From the NCBI RefSeq assembly GCF_963921235.1, contig NC_086108.1, forward strand, positions 66,900,001 through 66,964,000: a stretch of DNA of 64,000 nt, in the 5' to 3' direction. Position 1 is the stretch's first letter; each line of letters begins with the position of its first letter. The notes under the pieces were generated by a model, which was given only the letters and a program-made list of their open reading frames with translations, ran no database searches and had not been told where the DNA came from. The translations under genes and the position numbers were made by a program. This document shows, one piece after another, positions 26,798 to 38,262 of this stretch. Origin of the DNA: Mobula hypostoma (Eukaryota).

Positions 26798-27387
26798 AAG
26801 AGGGCTTGAATACAAGAGCATGGCTTTATAAGGCACTGCTGAGGTCTCACCTTGAATATTGTGAACAGGTTATGGCTCCTCATCTGAGAAAAGATGTGCT
26901 GGCATTGAAAGGGTCCAGAGACGATCATAAGGATGATTCTGGGAATGAAAGGGTTATCATATGAGGAACATTTAATGGCTCTGGGTCTGTACTTGAAGGA
27001 TGAGGAGGGATCTCACTGAAACCCTTTGAACGTTGAAAGGCCCAGACAGAGTAGAGGTGGAAAGGATGTTTCCCATGGTGGGAAAGTCTAGGAAAGAGGG
27101 CACAGCCTTAGGATAGAGGGGCATCCATTTAAAACAGAGATGTGGAGAAACTTCTTTAGTCAGAGGGTGGTGAATTTGTTACCAGTGCAGCTGTGGAGAC
27201 CAGGTTGTTGGGTGTATTTAAGGAAGTGATTGATATGTTCTTGATTGGACATGGCCTCAAAGGTTATGAGGAGAAGGTTGCGGAATGGGGTTGAGGAAGG
27301 GAAAAAATGATCAGCTCTGATTGAAAGGTACAGCAGACCCGCCGGGCCAAATGCCCAATTCTGCTCCTATGTCTTATGATCTTATGG
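26798..27387 (+). mobile_element. CR1 3' fragment
   Basis: LYKALLRSHLEYCEQ…; tail ctcctatgtcttatgatcttatg. Confidence 0.85.
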
Positions 27388-27862
27388 AGTCTTTTACGTG
27401 AAATGTGATCTCAGTTTCTCTTTTTCCAGTAGCCATCAGACCTGCTGAAAGTTTCCAGCATTTTCCCTTTTTATTTCAGTTTCGCAGTGTCTGTAATTTT
27501 TTTCAGGTTTATCACTGATGGACAACTTACAGCAGAGCACTCAGTTCAGATAAAGACAGAAAATTAGACTTTTGTTTTTAAGAGGAAAATAGAATTATTG
27601 CAGAGCGAAATAGGTTGTCTGAATTGCCTACATTTGCCCCAATATCTTATGGAATCATGGAATCAGCAGCACAAAAAAAATTAACATACAAGTACCTCAA
27701 GAAGCTAGTTAGGCAAATGATATGTTACTCTTTTTTTAAACAGGATTGTTGTACAAATGTCCTCCTACAATTGTAAAGTGTTTGACTGAGAATGTATTGA
27801 GTATTGTGTGCAGTATTGTTCTCTTTAATCAAAAGAACTTAAGGTTCCTTAAGGTTGTTATA

Positions 27863-28014
27863 GCTGGGAGTGGTGATGGGGACAAGCTCCCATTACCAAT
27901 TAAACGCTCCCAATGGCATGTACCTCAACTAGCCTCCGTCAACCAAGTCCAGCTCCTGGTCTTCACATGTGGCTTAGCTACTAATCCTGGCGGAACCATT
28001 TCTACTGACAGAAG
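27863..28014 (+). ncRNA. Candidate HDV-like ribozyme (family B)
   Basis: P1 GCTGGGA/TCCTGGC, P2 CTCCTG/CAGAAG (1 mismatch), P3 GTC/GGC, L3 TTCACATGT, GG directly after P1', CTGA before P2'; folded by hand. Confidence 0.5.
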
Positions 28015-28102
28015 GAGCAAAGGCAGGTTACTGTGAATTTAAAACCAGTCACTTTGGGCAGATGGGGCTCATCATCTGTGGTCAGCAGCTCATCAAGGAG
28101 AA
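27863..28102 (+). mobile_element. Short non-coding repeat (RTE-5'-UTR-like) beginning with an HDV-like fold; copy 1
   Basis: Homologous to 34799-35004; both copies share the start GCTGGG; cut off by the adjacent PLE. RTE affinity is inferred. Confidence 0.65.
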
Positions 28103-28128
28103 CCAGGCAGCAACCAACGTAAAAAGTA

Positions 28129-28166
28129 CAGTCGACGTTTCGGGCCAAGACCCTTCGGCAGGACTG
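28129..28166 (-). ncRNA. Hammerhead motif with A6C core variant
   Basis: CAGTC-CTGCCGA-AGGGTCTTGGCCC-GAAAC-GTC^GACTG. Confidence 0.7.
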
Positions 28167-29570
28167 GAGAAAAAAATAGGTGTGGAGTAGATTTAAAAGG
28201 TGGGGGAAGGAAGAGAGAAACTCAAGCTGATAGGTGAAACTGGGAAAGGGAGGGATGAAGTAAAGAGCTGGGAAGTTGATTAGTGAAAGAGTTGCAGGGC
28301 TGGAGAAGGGGGAATCCAATAGGAGAGAACAGAAGGCCGTGGAAGAAAGAAAACGTGTTGTGGAGCACCAGAGCGAGGCGATGGGCAGGCAAGAAGATAA
28401 GGTGAGAGAGGGAAAAGGGGATGGGGAATGGTGAAGGGGGGGGGGCATTACTAGCAGTTTGAGATATAGATGTCCATACAGGCAAGTCAGAGGCTACCCA
28501 GACAGGATATAAGGTGTTGTTCCTTCAGTCGAAGTGTTGCCTCATTGCAACAGTAGAGGAGGCCATGGATTGACATATCGGAATGGGAATGGGAAGTGGA
28601 ATTAAAATGGGTGGCCACTGGGAGATCCCGCTTGTTCTGGCAGACAGAGCATAGGTGTTCGGGGAAATGGTCTCCTAATCTACTTTGGGTCTCACCGATA
28701 TACAGGAGGCTACACTGGGAGCACTGAATACAGTATATGACCCCAACAGATTCACAGGTGAAGTGTTGCCTCACCTGGAAGGACTGCTTGGGGCCCTGAA
28801 TGGTAGTGAGATTAGGTGTAGGGGCAGGTGTAACACTTGTTCCGCTTGCAAGGATAAGTGCCAGGAGGGAGATAAGTGGGGAGGAACGAATGGACCAGGG
28901 AGTTGCATAGGTAGCAATCCCTGTGGAAAGCTGAAAGTGGGGAGTGAGGGAAAGAAGTGGGATCCTGTTGGAGATGGCAGAAGTTCTGGAGAATTCTGTG
29001 CTGGATATGGAGGCTGATGGTGTGGCAGGTGAGGGCAAGAGGAACCCTATCCCTGGTAAGGCTGGTGGGAGGATGGGGTAAGAGCAGAGGTGTGTGAAAT
29101 GGAAGAGATGCGGTTGAGGGCAGCGTTTATGGTGAAGGAAGGAAAGTCCCTTTCTTTGAAAAAGGAGGACATCTCCTTCATTCTTGAATGAAAAGCCTCA
29201 TCCTGACAGCAGATGCAGCGGAGACAGAGGAATTGAGAGAAGGGGGTGATGTTTTTACAAGTAACAGAGTAGGAAGAGGTATTATACTTCTAGTAATGCC
29301 CCCCCCTTCATCATCCCCATCCCCTTTTCCCTCTTTCACCATATCTCCTTGCCTGCCCATCGCCTCCCTCTGGTGCTCCTCCCCCCTTTTCTTTCTTCCA
29401 TGACCTTCTGTTCTCTCTTATCGAACTCCCCCTTCTTCAGCCCTGTACAGTATCTCTTTCACCAATCAATTTCCCAGCTCTTTAATTCATCCCTCCCCCT
29501 CCCAGTTTCAACTATCACCTTGTTCTCTCCACTCCCCCTGCCTTTAAATCTACTCTCATATTTTTTCCTC

Positions 29571-29608
29571 CAGTCCTGCCAAAAGGTCTCGGCCCAAAAC
29601 GTAGACTG
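29571..29608 (+). ncRNA. Degenerate hammerhead motif
   Basis: CAGTC-CTGCCAA-AAGGTCTCGGCCC-AAAAC-GTA-GACTG; G8 and G12 lost, consistent with CpG decay. Confidence 0.5.
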
Positions 29609-31064
29609 TACTTTTTTCCATAGATGCTGCCTGGCCTGCTGAGTTTATCCAGCCTTTTGTGTGTATTGCTTGGATTTTCAGCATCTGCAGATTTTCTCTT
29701 GTTGGTTATCTGCCACAGAAGGTTCTTTTAATTTATTGGGAATAAGATCATTAGTCTATGAAGAGAGGCTGAATACATTATTTCATGTAGATTAGATGAA
29801 TTTACAATGAACTCTGTGAAACATACAAAACCAATAGTATAGGGTTATCTTTGGGGAATGTTTTCTCTGGCTGAGGATTCTCAAACAATAGGCCAGAATA
29901 GTCCAAGAAATGAATCCTTACTCAACAAGCTTGCAAGTACAGAATTAGAATTTTTTTTCAAAATGGGAGACTATGAACAAAAGTCACATATTCAAGGCTG
30001 AAATGGATAGATTTTTGGACACTGAAAGAATCAGGGGACGTAGCATAGCATATGAAGGTGGCATTGATATCATTCGATAGCAGTCACAAGCTTACTGCAT
30101 GGCAGAGCAGGCTCAAAAAGCAAACACACTTACTTATGCTTCTGTTTTTCAAATTGGTATTAGTCTCCACGGATAAAATGTCACACGATATTGCACATCT
30201 AGAATATTTTAAAGGCAGCCCAGCAGCACACCAATTCTTTTGTCTGTACTTGTACAATAAAATGTAACTATATTACAACATCAGAAAGACATTAAATGAT
30301 AACCACACAGAAGCAACCCAACCTATTATTAAAGCAGTAATTCTTAAACTGATACAGATGTTATTAGTTGATAAGTATAAACTCACTGGATTAAAAAAAG
30401 GAGCAATGTCTGACATATGGTTTGAAATGAGTCACAGACCAGATGACGGTTCTCAGGGTTAAATCACATATACACCATTCTGCATCATTAACAGGCAATA
30501 AAGTTGTAAACTGGTTTAAACTACTGCTCAATTAGCACCAGTTTGAGGCATTTAACACTATAATCCCCTTTAAACAATGCTGACAAGAAAATCTAGCAAC
30601 AGAGGGGAAGGTTACTAAAATAATGGGGTGAAATCACCTGACTGCAGTTTTATATCTCCCCTGTCATATCAGACTTTGCCCATTGGCACACCAGCAAACA
30701 ACATTTTCCCCACAGAGACACAAACAAAAAGAAATCAGTATTTGTAGGGGAAAGTTGGTATTAACAGTCCAACATTACTTAGTCTGTCCCATCCTGTGGG
30801 ACGTCACTTCAGTTACACTGAAGCATCATGGGTCATGGGAAAATCATGTTCCTTCTGTTCCCACCTTCCTTCACCGCACCTTTACCTCCACAGGCTGAAA
30901 CAATTCTAATGGCACAATTCTTTAATCCCTTAGACCGCTGCAAAGGACAGAACATTAGTTCAGGCTTTAGTATCCTGGATCCTGTCTGTGTCCACTTTAG
31001 GATACTGACCAGGTATGAGCTCAGTTGCATTAATTTCATGGTATTTTTAAGAGAAGCCCTGAAT

Positions 31065-31430
31065 ACAGAACATGTAACAGTACAGCAAATGAACAGGCCC
31101 TTTGGTCCATTGACTGTGCCTATCGTGATGCCAATCTAAACTAATCCAAGCTGATATGGTCCATATCCCTCTATTCTCTGTCTGTTCATTTGCCTGTCTA
31201 AATGCCTCTTAAATATTGATATCATATCTGCTTCTACCACCATCACTGGTAATGTGTTTCAGACATCTATCACTCTCTGTGAAAAAAAACTTGCCTTGCA
31301 AATCTCTTAAATTTTCACCCTCTCACCTTAAAGCCATGCTCCCTTGTATTCACCATTTTCCATCTGGGACAGGGAGAGAGATTGACTACCTCCCCTGCCT
31401 ATGCCTGTCATAATTTTACATACCTCTATG
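31065..31430 (-). mobile_element. Old CR1 3' fragment
   Basis: Reverse complement of a CR1 end (…ttttttcacagagagtg…; aacaggcccttt 3' UTR). Confidence 0.65.
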
Positions 31431-31957
31431 GTTTCTCATCAGCATCTGACAAGATTGTCTGGGGTGACAAAAGTCTTATTGGTGCAGTGGTAGCATGGGG
31501 CTGTGCTTTTAAAATTGGAATTGATCTAAGTAACTTGTGAGGGCAAGGATGTTAGCTTGGTTACAACCATAGGGCAGTTCTTTTATCATCACCTTAATGG
31601 ATCAGATTATCAACATTATCCAAATCCATCTTTCATTCTTTTATATATTCCTTACATTTTCAACGCTGGAACTGTACAGTACGAATCTAACTCTTTCAGG
31701 CTCCTCCTAGGTGACTTAAAAAGAGAATCTCACACACATACACTCCAGCACACAACAAGAAAAGAACAGCTAATATTGATCCTAGCTTTATTTGTATTCA
31801 AGATACTTCAGCATAACTTCCAGATGATCTTTTTTATTTGCATCTTATCATTAAGTAGGTGACATATTATCAGTACTGCACCCGATTTTTGTTAATATCT
31901 TGCTAGGTTTCTTTTGGGCAGCTATCCTGTCCTAAGTTCCTGATCTTTATTTATTAC

Positions 31958-34133
31958 AGCTCGACATCTCAACACCATCATCCCCTCAAAACTAATCAGT
32001 GAACTCCAAGACCTGGGCCTCAATACTACTTGTGCAATTAGATCCTGGATTTTCTCACTTGTAGACTCCAGTGAGTTTGGATTGGCAAAAACATCTCCTC
32101 CACACTCTCCATCAGCACAGAAGCAGTGCCGGGATGTGTACTTAGCCCCCTGCTCTACACCTACAGATCCAACACCACATACAGGTTTACTGACAACACC
32201 ATTCTTGTGGGCTGTATTAAAGGGGGTGATGAATCAGCACACAGGAGGAACACTGAAAACTTGGCTTAGTGGTGCATTAACAACAACCTCTTGGTCTTGC
32301 AGAACCCTGGGCCTCTATACCTCCCTCTGCAGTTGGATCCTTGACTTCCTAACCGGAAGACCACAGTCTGTGCGGATTAGTGATAACACATCCTCCTCGC
32401 TGACGATCAACACTGGCACACCTCAGGGGTGTGTGCTTAGCCCACTGCTCTACTCTCTATATACACTTGACTGAGTAGCTAGGCATAGCTCCAATACCAT
32501 CTATAAATTTGCTGATGATACAACCATTGTTGGTAGAATCTCAAGTGGTGACGAAAGGGCGTACAGGAGTGAGATATGCCAACTAGTGGAATGGAGCTGC
32601 AGCAACAACCTGGCACTCAACATCAGTAAGATGAAAGAGCTGATTGTGGACTTCAGGAAGGGTAAGACAAAGGAACACATACCAATCCTCATAGAGGGAT
32701 CAGAAGTGGAGAGAGTGAGCAGTTTCAAGTTCCTAGGTGTCAAGATCTCTGAGGATCTAACCTGGTCCCAACATATCGATATCGTTATAAAGAAGGCAAG
32801 ACAGCAGCTATACTTCATTAGGAGTTTAAAGCGATTTGGCATGTCAACAAATACACTCAAAAACTTCTATAGATGTACTGTGGAGAGCATTCTGACAGGC
32901 TGCATCACCGTCTGGTATGGAGGGGCTACTGCACAAGACTGAGAGAAGCTGCAGAGCTGTAAATTTAGTCGGCTCCATCTTGGGTATTAGCCTACAAAAT
33001 ACCCAGGACATCTTCAAGGAGCGGTATTTCAGAAAGGCAGTGTTCATTATTAAGGACCTCCAGCACCCAGGGCATGCCCTTTTCTCACTGTTACCATCAG
33101 GTAGGAGGTACAGAAGCCTGAAGGCACACACTCAGCGATTCAGGAACAGCTTCTTCCCCTCTGCCATCCGATTCCAAAATGGACATTGAATCTTTGGACA
33201 CTACTTCACTTTTTCTAATATACAGTATTCCTGTTTTTTCACATTTTTAAAAATCTATTCAAGATATGTATACTGTAATTTATTTATTTATTTATTATTA
33301 TTTCATTTATCATTTTTTTCTATATTATGTATTGTATTGAACTGCTGCTGCTAAGTTAACAAATTTCACGTCACATGCCAGTGATAATAAACCTGATTCT
33401 GATTCAATGTCAATAAGACCGAGGAACTGAGTGTTGACTCAGGTGAGGGAAATCAGAGGTCCATGAGCCAGTAATCATCAGAGGATCAGAGGTGGAGAGG
33501 GACGGTAACTTTAAATTCCTGGGTGTCACTATCTCAGAGGACCTGTCCTGGACCCATCATATAAATATTATTGTGAAGAAAGCACAACAGTGCCTTTACT
33601 TCCTCAAGAGTCTGCAGAAGTTTGGCATGTCATTGAAAACCTTGGCAAACTACTATAGATGTGTGGTGGAAAGTGTGCTGACTGGCTGCATTACGGCCTG
33701 GTATGGGGGCAACAATGCCTTTGAGTGGAAAATCCTACGAAAGGTAATGGATTTGACCCACTACATCACAGGTAAAACCCTCCCAACTACTGAGCACACC
33801 TAGATGAAACATTGCCATAGAAAAGCAGCCTCCATCATCAAAGATCCTCACCACCCAGGCCATGCTCTTTTCTCACTGCTACCATCAGGTAAAAGGTATA
33901 TGTACCTCAAGAACAGTTATTACCCCTCAACCATCAGGCTCTTGAACAAAAGGGATAATTACATTCATTTAAGGACTCTGTTATATTGTTATTTCATGCT
34001 CATTATTATTTATATCTTCATTTGCACTGTTTGTTTACAGTTTCTGATGTTTATTGATTACAGTTACTGTTCTACAGATTTGCTAAGTATGCCCACAGAA
34101 AAAGAATCTCAGGGTTGTATGTATGTACTCTGA
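31958..34133 (+). mobile_element. Rex1/Babar-type LINE fragment split by a younger Rex insertion
   Basis: The RT region stops at …aacaacaacctc (about 32290) and resumes at caatgtcaataagacc (33405), rejoining the NNNL-LNVNKT motif. Confidence 0.85.
32297..33404 (+). mobile_element. Younger Rex1/Babar-type LINE 3' fragment (nested)
   Basis: [55 protein letters not shown]; tail aataaacctgattctgatt. Confidence 0.92.
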
Positions 34134-34489
34134 TCTGTGTCAAGTCCTGACACTAACAGCTAAACTGCCACCCCCACAAAAGTTAGTCTGGGTGAGGAAG
34201 ATGTGTGGGCACCTGAAGCGTCCCGACAATGGTAGTGAAAGCTCCATGGCAAGTTAATGTTTATCCACAGCTGGAGGGAAATGAGTGTTATCTGGTCACT
34301 GACTATGGAATCACCTTTGGTGTGAAACACCTCAACTAACCTATCAGATCACTGAAGCATGATATGTTAGAAAACATTTGATTGTTTGCAGTTCAATGTG
34401 AAGCCCTGTAAATCCTGCTTTGAATGAACAAAGTCTAGAATGATAAGTGTACATGAAAAATTATTCCTTTACAGTGTGGGATAAAAACA

Positions 34490-35100
34490 GCTCAGCCAGC
34501 TCCACCATGGAAACAACCTTCCCCACCACAGAGGACTTCTTCAACAGGCAGTGCCTGCAGAAGGCAGCATTCATCATTATGGTCACTCACCATCTGCAAC
34601 TTGCCCTCTTCTCATTATTAACATCAGGGAGGTGGGTACAGCAGCCTGAAGGCCACACTCAATGTTTCAGGGACAGTTTCTTCCCCTCTGCCATCAGATT
34701 TCTGAATGGTCCATGAACCCAAGAATACAGCCTCATTGTTCATCTTTTTGCACTATGTTTTCATTATAACTTATTGTAATTTGGTTCCTATATATATAGC
34801 TGGGGGGGGGTGAATTAGTGGGGATAAGCTCCCACTAATTATTAAATGCTCCCAATGGCATGCATCTTAAATAGCCTCTGGCAACCATCTAGCTTCCAGA
34901 CTTCAAGAGCGGCCTAGATACTAAGCCCGGCAGAACCATTACAGAAGAAGGGGCAAATATGGGAACTGCTACCTTAAAACCATTCACTTCAGGCAGATGG
35001 GGCCTTATAGTAATTTGTATGTCTTGCATTGTACTGTTGCTACAAAAAAACACATTTCACAATACGCGTCAGTTATAATAAATTTGATTCTGATTCCGAC
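34490..35100 (+). mobile_element. Rex-type 3' fragment interrupted by the family-B repeat
   Basis: CFRDSFFPSAIRFLNG; 3' UTR resumes after 35004 and ends aataaatttgattctgattc. Confidence 0.75.
34784..35004 (+). mobile_element. Short non-coding repeat, family B, copy 2
   Basis: Homologous to 27863-28070; flanked by near-identical 13-mers TTATTGTAATTTG (34771-34783) and TTATAGTAATTTG (35005-35017). Confidence 0.7.
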
Positions 35101-35599
35101 TCCAATATTGTACGCAGCAGCATTTTAACACACAGTGTGGTCTAACAATAAAAGATACAATTAAATAATGCCAGAAATTGTGATGCCTCAAACCCAGCTG
35201 ATGAGTCGGAGTGGATAGGGGCATGAATACAACATAATCAGCAACAGTCCAAAGCATTGAGCCAGTAATTCTTCTTGAAAAAGAGTTTGATGTAAACAAA
35301 ATCTTCACAGGAACAAGAGTTACAAAGGGTTACATGGCATGATAGTAGTCAGTCAGTTTGCTGCTTGTGCAGATCTGTGAGCCTCGTGTACGAAAGGCTC
35401 ACTGGTTAGATGGTCCAACTGTTGTGGTATGGAGCTATGTGGGTCAGGAAAATCTCAGAGTTTGCTGTCAATCGGTTAATTAATCTAATTGTGTATTCAT
35501 GGGGTATTTGTTGGCCAGGCTTGGATGACAAATTTTAAATTAGCCAGAAATGATTTCTACAAACAAAATGGTTATTATTAGTTTATCTATAAATTGGCC

Positions 35600-36160
35600 A
35601 GGGAGTATGGGGTGTCAGGGAGGGGTAGCACCTCTGGTGGGGGAACATGTCGCGTCCTTTTCAAGGCAGTTAGTCCACCTTTGGTCCCCACCTGGTACTC
35701 AGCTCTCACCTGTGGCTCCTTGTAGCCGTTTGCATGCGATAGCGGCCACACCCCGGGCAACAGCTTCAACAAGCCGACTAAACCAGGTGAGGGGAGCCGA
35801 TGGGTCTCAAACCCTCGGTGAGATAGGGAGTTGTCTATCCCAGCATGTGAAGACAGACTCCGGTGGATTGAGCGGATGAGACCAACAGAAGGTCCAACGG
35901 TCAAGGAGGCGGTCTCTTCAAGCCTCGTGGAACGTGTAGAGCAGGACAAGACACAGGAGACATCCTGGTCATCCACTGTGCCTAGTCCCATCTCCAGCCG
36001 TCTCGACTCTGTCTTGCCACTGGATCCAGATGGGAATTGGGAAGAGAGAGTGAGGCTGACGCTGTGCAACTCTCCCCCACTTAAATCCAAATCACGTGTT
36101 AGTCTCAACACCATCAAATTGTGTTGAGGTCCTCATTGATGTCGACAATGGACGAACACA
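35600..36160 (+). mobile_element. 561-bp non-coding retroelement (RTE-5'-UTR-like) with 11-bp TSD
   Basis: GC-rich insert bounded by ATAAATTGGCC at 35589-35599 and 36161-36171; no terminal inverted repeats and no recognisable protein domain. Confidence 0.8.
35609..35793 (+). ncRNA. Candidate HDV-like self-cleaving ribozyme (family A)
   Basis: P1 GGGGTGT/ACACCCC; P2 CTCTCACCTGT/ACCAGGTGAGGG (one bulge); P3 GGC/GCC; L3 TCCTTGT; P1.1 CC/GG followed by GCAAC; P4 GCTT-CAAC-AAGC; J4/2 CTAA with C at 35778. Confidence 0.7.
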
Positions 36161-37514
36161 ATAAATTGGCCTCTAATTACCTTGGAATACATCTGCTCCG
36201 AGAGGGACAACAATATTTATAGTGGGGCTGTGTTTCTAGCTACATCACAGAAAGGAGCTTTTGAATCAGAATGACTTTTCTAATAAACTCTTTTTGTATT
36301 TTCTCCATGTCTGTCTTAAATAATAACACACAGAATTAGACACAACATACAATAGTGCAAAGAAGAAATTAAATTTGATCCCTGTGCACCATTCTATTAA
36401 ATTTATTTTACTTGTCAGACTATGCAGCTTTTCCAAATATTTTACACAAGTTATCAAACTAGACAAGTTGCTAAAAAACTCCAAAATTGAGTGATGATTT
36501 CTCAATGCCAGAGAATATGGTCTTGAATCAGGGACAGCAAGTGAACACTTCAATTAAAGTTTGAAGTGGATCCATTGATACCTCCTCAGAAATAACCATG
36601 GAAGATTCACTATAACTGATATTCTAAGCTAGTTTTATTTAATGTTTTCACCCTTGTGGTAGGATAGTTTACAGTGAATCTACCTTACTCAAGATTGTAG
36701 AACAAAGTTTTAAACATTTTACAAATTGAAGAAGAAATTATCTTGAAAATGAAATTAATATATGTAAACTTTATCTTTATTCCAAAAAACTCTAGTAGAT
36801 TATTGAATATCTGGAAAAATACAAAAATTTTATTTGCTATTTTCTCCCTGCTGTTCTTTTCAGATACTTACAGCTGATAGGATTCAACACATTGGCATCT
36901 GGACAAAATTATAGAAATTTCCAACATATTTAGTGGCAGCATGTGAAAAATATTTCAGACATTTCTCCTTCTGAGAATAATAGAGTTATATTACAGGTGG
37001 AAGAAAAAATACGTTTGGTCCCAGCATTAACACCATAAACATAACAGTAACTGCCTGGATAAGAGATTTGCCAGATGACAGCTAGTTGCATCTGGAGAAT
37101 AGTGAGACCAGTTTACATGACACAATGGGAGTGTTAAAGTTTAATGTCCTCCATTAAGACTAAAAAAAAACTCAAACGTAATCTCAGCAGTTTTGTGACA
37201 TGTTATGCTATAAGGTGACACATTGTGCACATGTGCTAAAGATATTTCACCAGCAGTGAGGTGCTGATGTCAGTGATGTTAGGTGGAAATGACATTGAGT
37301 GAAAGTGAGGTATGGTCCCTATAGAATCCATAAAAGGTAAACAACAGCAACATCTGAAAGCAGGTTGCACAGCTGTTTGTTGTTTGCAACAGGGAACCTT
37401 TGTTCAAACAGCATCAAACTCATTATCTATCATCAACTTCATTATTACACAATGCTCTAACAATATCAGAGGGTGCTTGTAACATATATTATCAAAAGAT
37501 ATTACTTACAAATA

Positions 37515-38262
37515 GCAGAACATAAAACATAGCACAGTACAGACCACTTGGCCATGATGTTGTGCCAACCTTTTAACCTAATCTAAAATCAAATTAACCC
37601 TTCCCACCCCATGGTCCTCCATTTATCTTTCATTCATGTGCCTATCTGAGTCTCTTAAATAGCCCTAATGTATCCGCCTCTACTATCACTCCTAGCAGAG
37701 CTTTCCACACACCCAGTATTTTCTGTGTAAGCAAACTATCTCCCTATACTTTCCACCAATCATCTTAAAATGATGCCCCTCATCTGATCCATTTCCATCG
37801 TGGGAAAAGGACTCTGGGTGCCCACTCTTTTAATGCCTCTAATCATATTGTACACCTCCACCAACTCAACTCTCATCCTCCTTCGTTCCAAAGAGAAGAG
37901 CCCCAGCTCATTAAACCTATCCCCATGAGACACGCTCTCCAATCCAGGCAGAATCCTGGTAAATCTCCACTGCACCCTCTCTAAAGCTTCCACATCCTTT
38001 ATATAAAACTGAACACAACATTCCAAATATAGTCAAACCGGAGCTTCATAGAGCTGCAACATTACCTCATGGCTCTTGAATGCAATGCCCTGACTAGTGA
38101 AGGCCAACGCGCCATACGCCTTCTTAATCACCCCATCAACTTGTACATCTTTGAGGAATTTATGCACATGGATCACAAGATCACTCTGTTCCTCCACATT
38201 GCTAAGAACCCTGCTATTAATCGTATACTCTGCATCCAAGTTTGACTTTCCAAAGTGAATCA
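37515..38262 (-). mobile_element. CR1 3' fragment
   Basis: IHFGKSN…EEQSDLVIHVH…DVEALERVQWRFTRILPG on the minus strand. Confidence 0.9.

Larger units (their letters stand above)
28103..29703 (-). mobile_element. Penelope-like element (Neptune-type), 5'-truncated, with inverted terminal repeats
   Basis: Minus-strand GIY-YIG domain (VIYCIQCSQCSLLYIGET…EH…VATHFN…EQHLI) preceded by Cys linker PGTYPCKRNKCYTCP; terminal repeats about 28103-28452 and 29290-29645 in opposite orientation. Confidence 0.9.

Noticed and set aside
35587..36117. 176-aa minus-strand ORF
   Set aside because: Lies within a TSD-bounded GC-rich repeat, shows no recognisable domain and is antisense to the predicted ribozyme.
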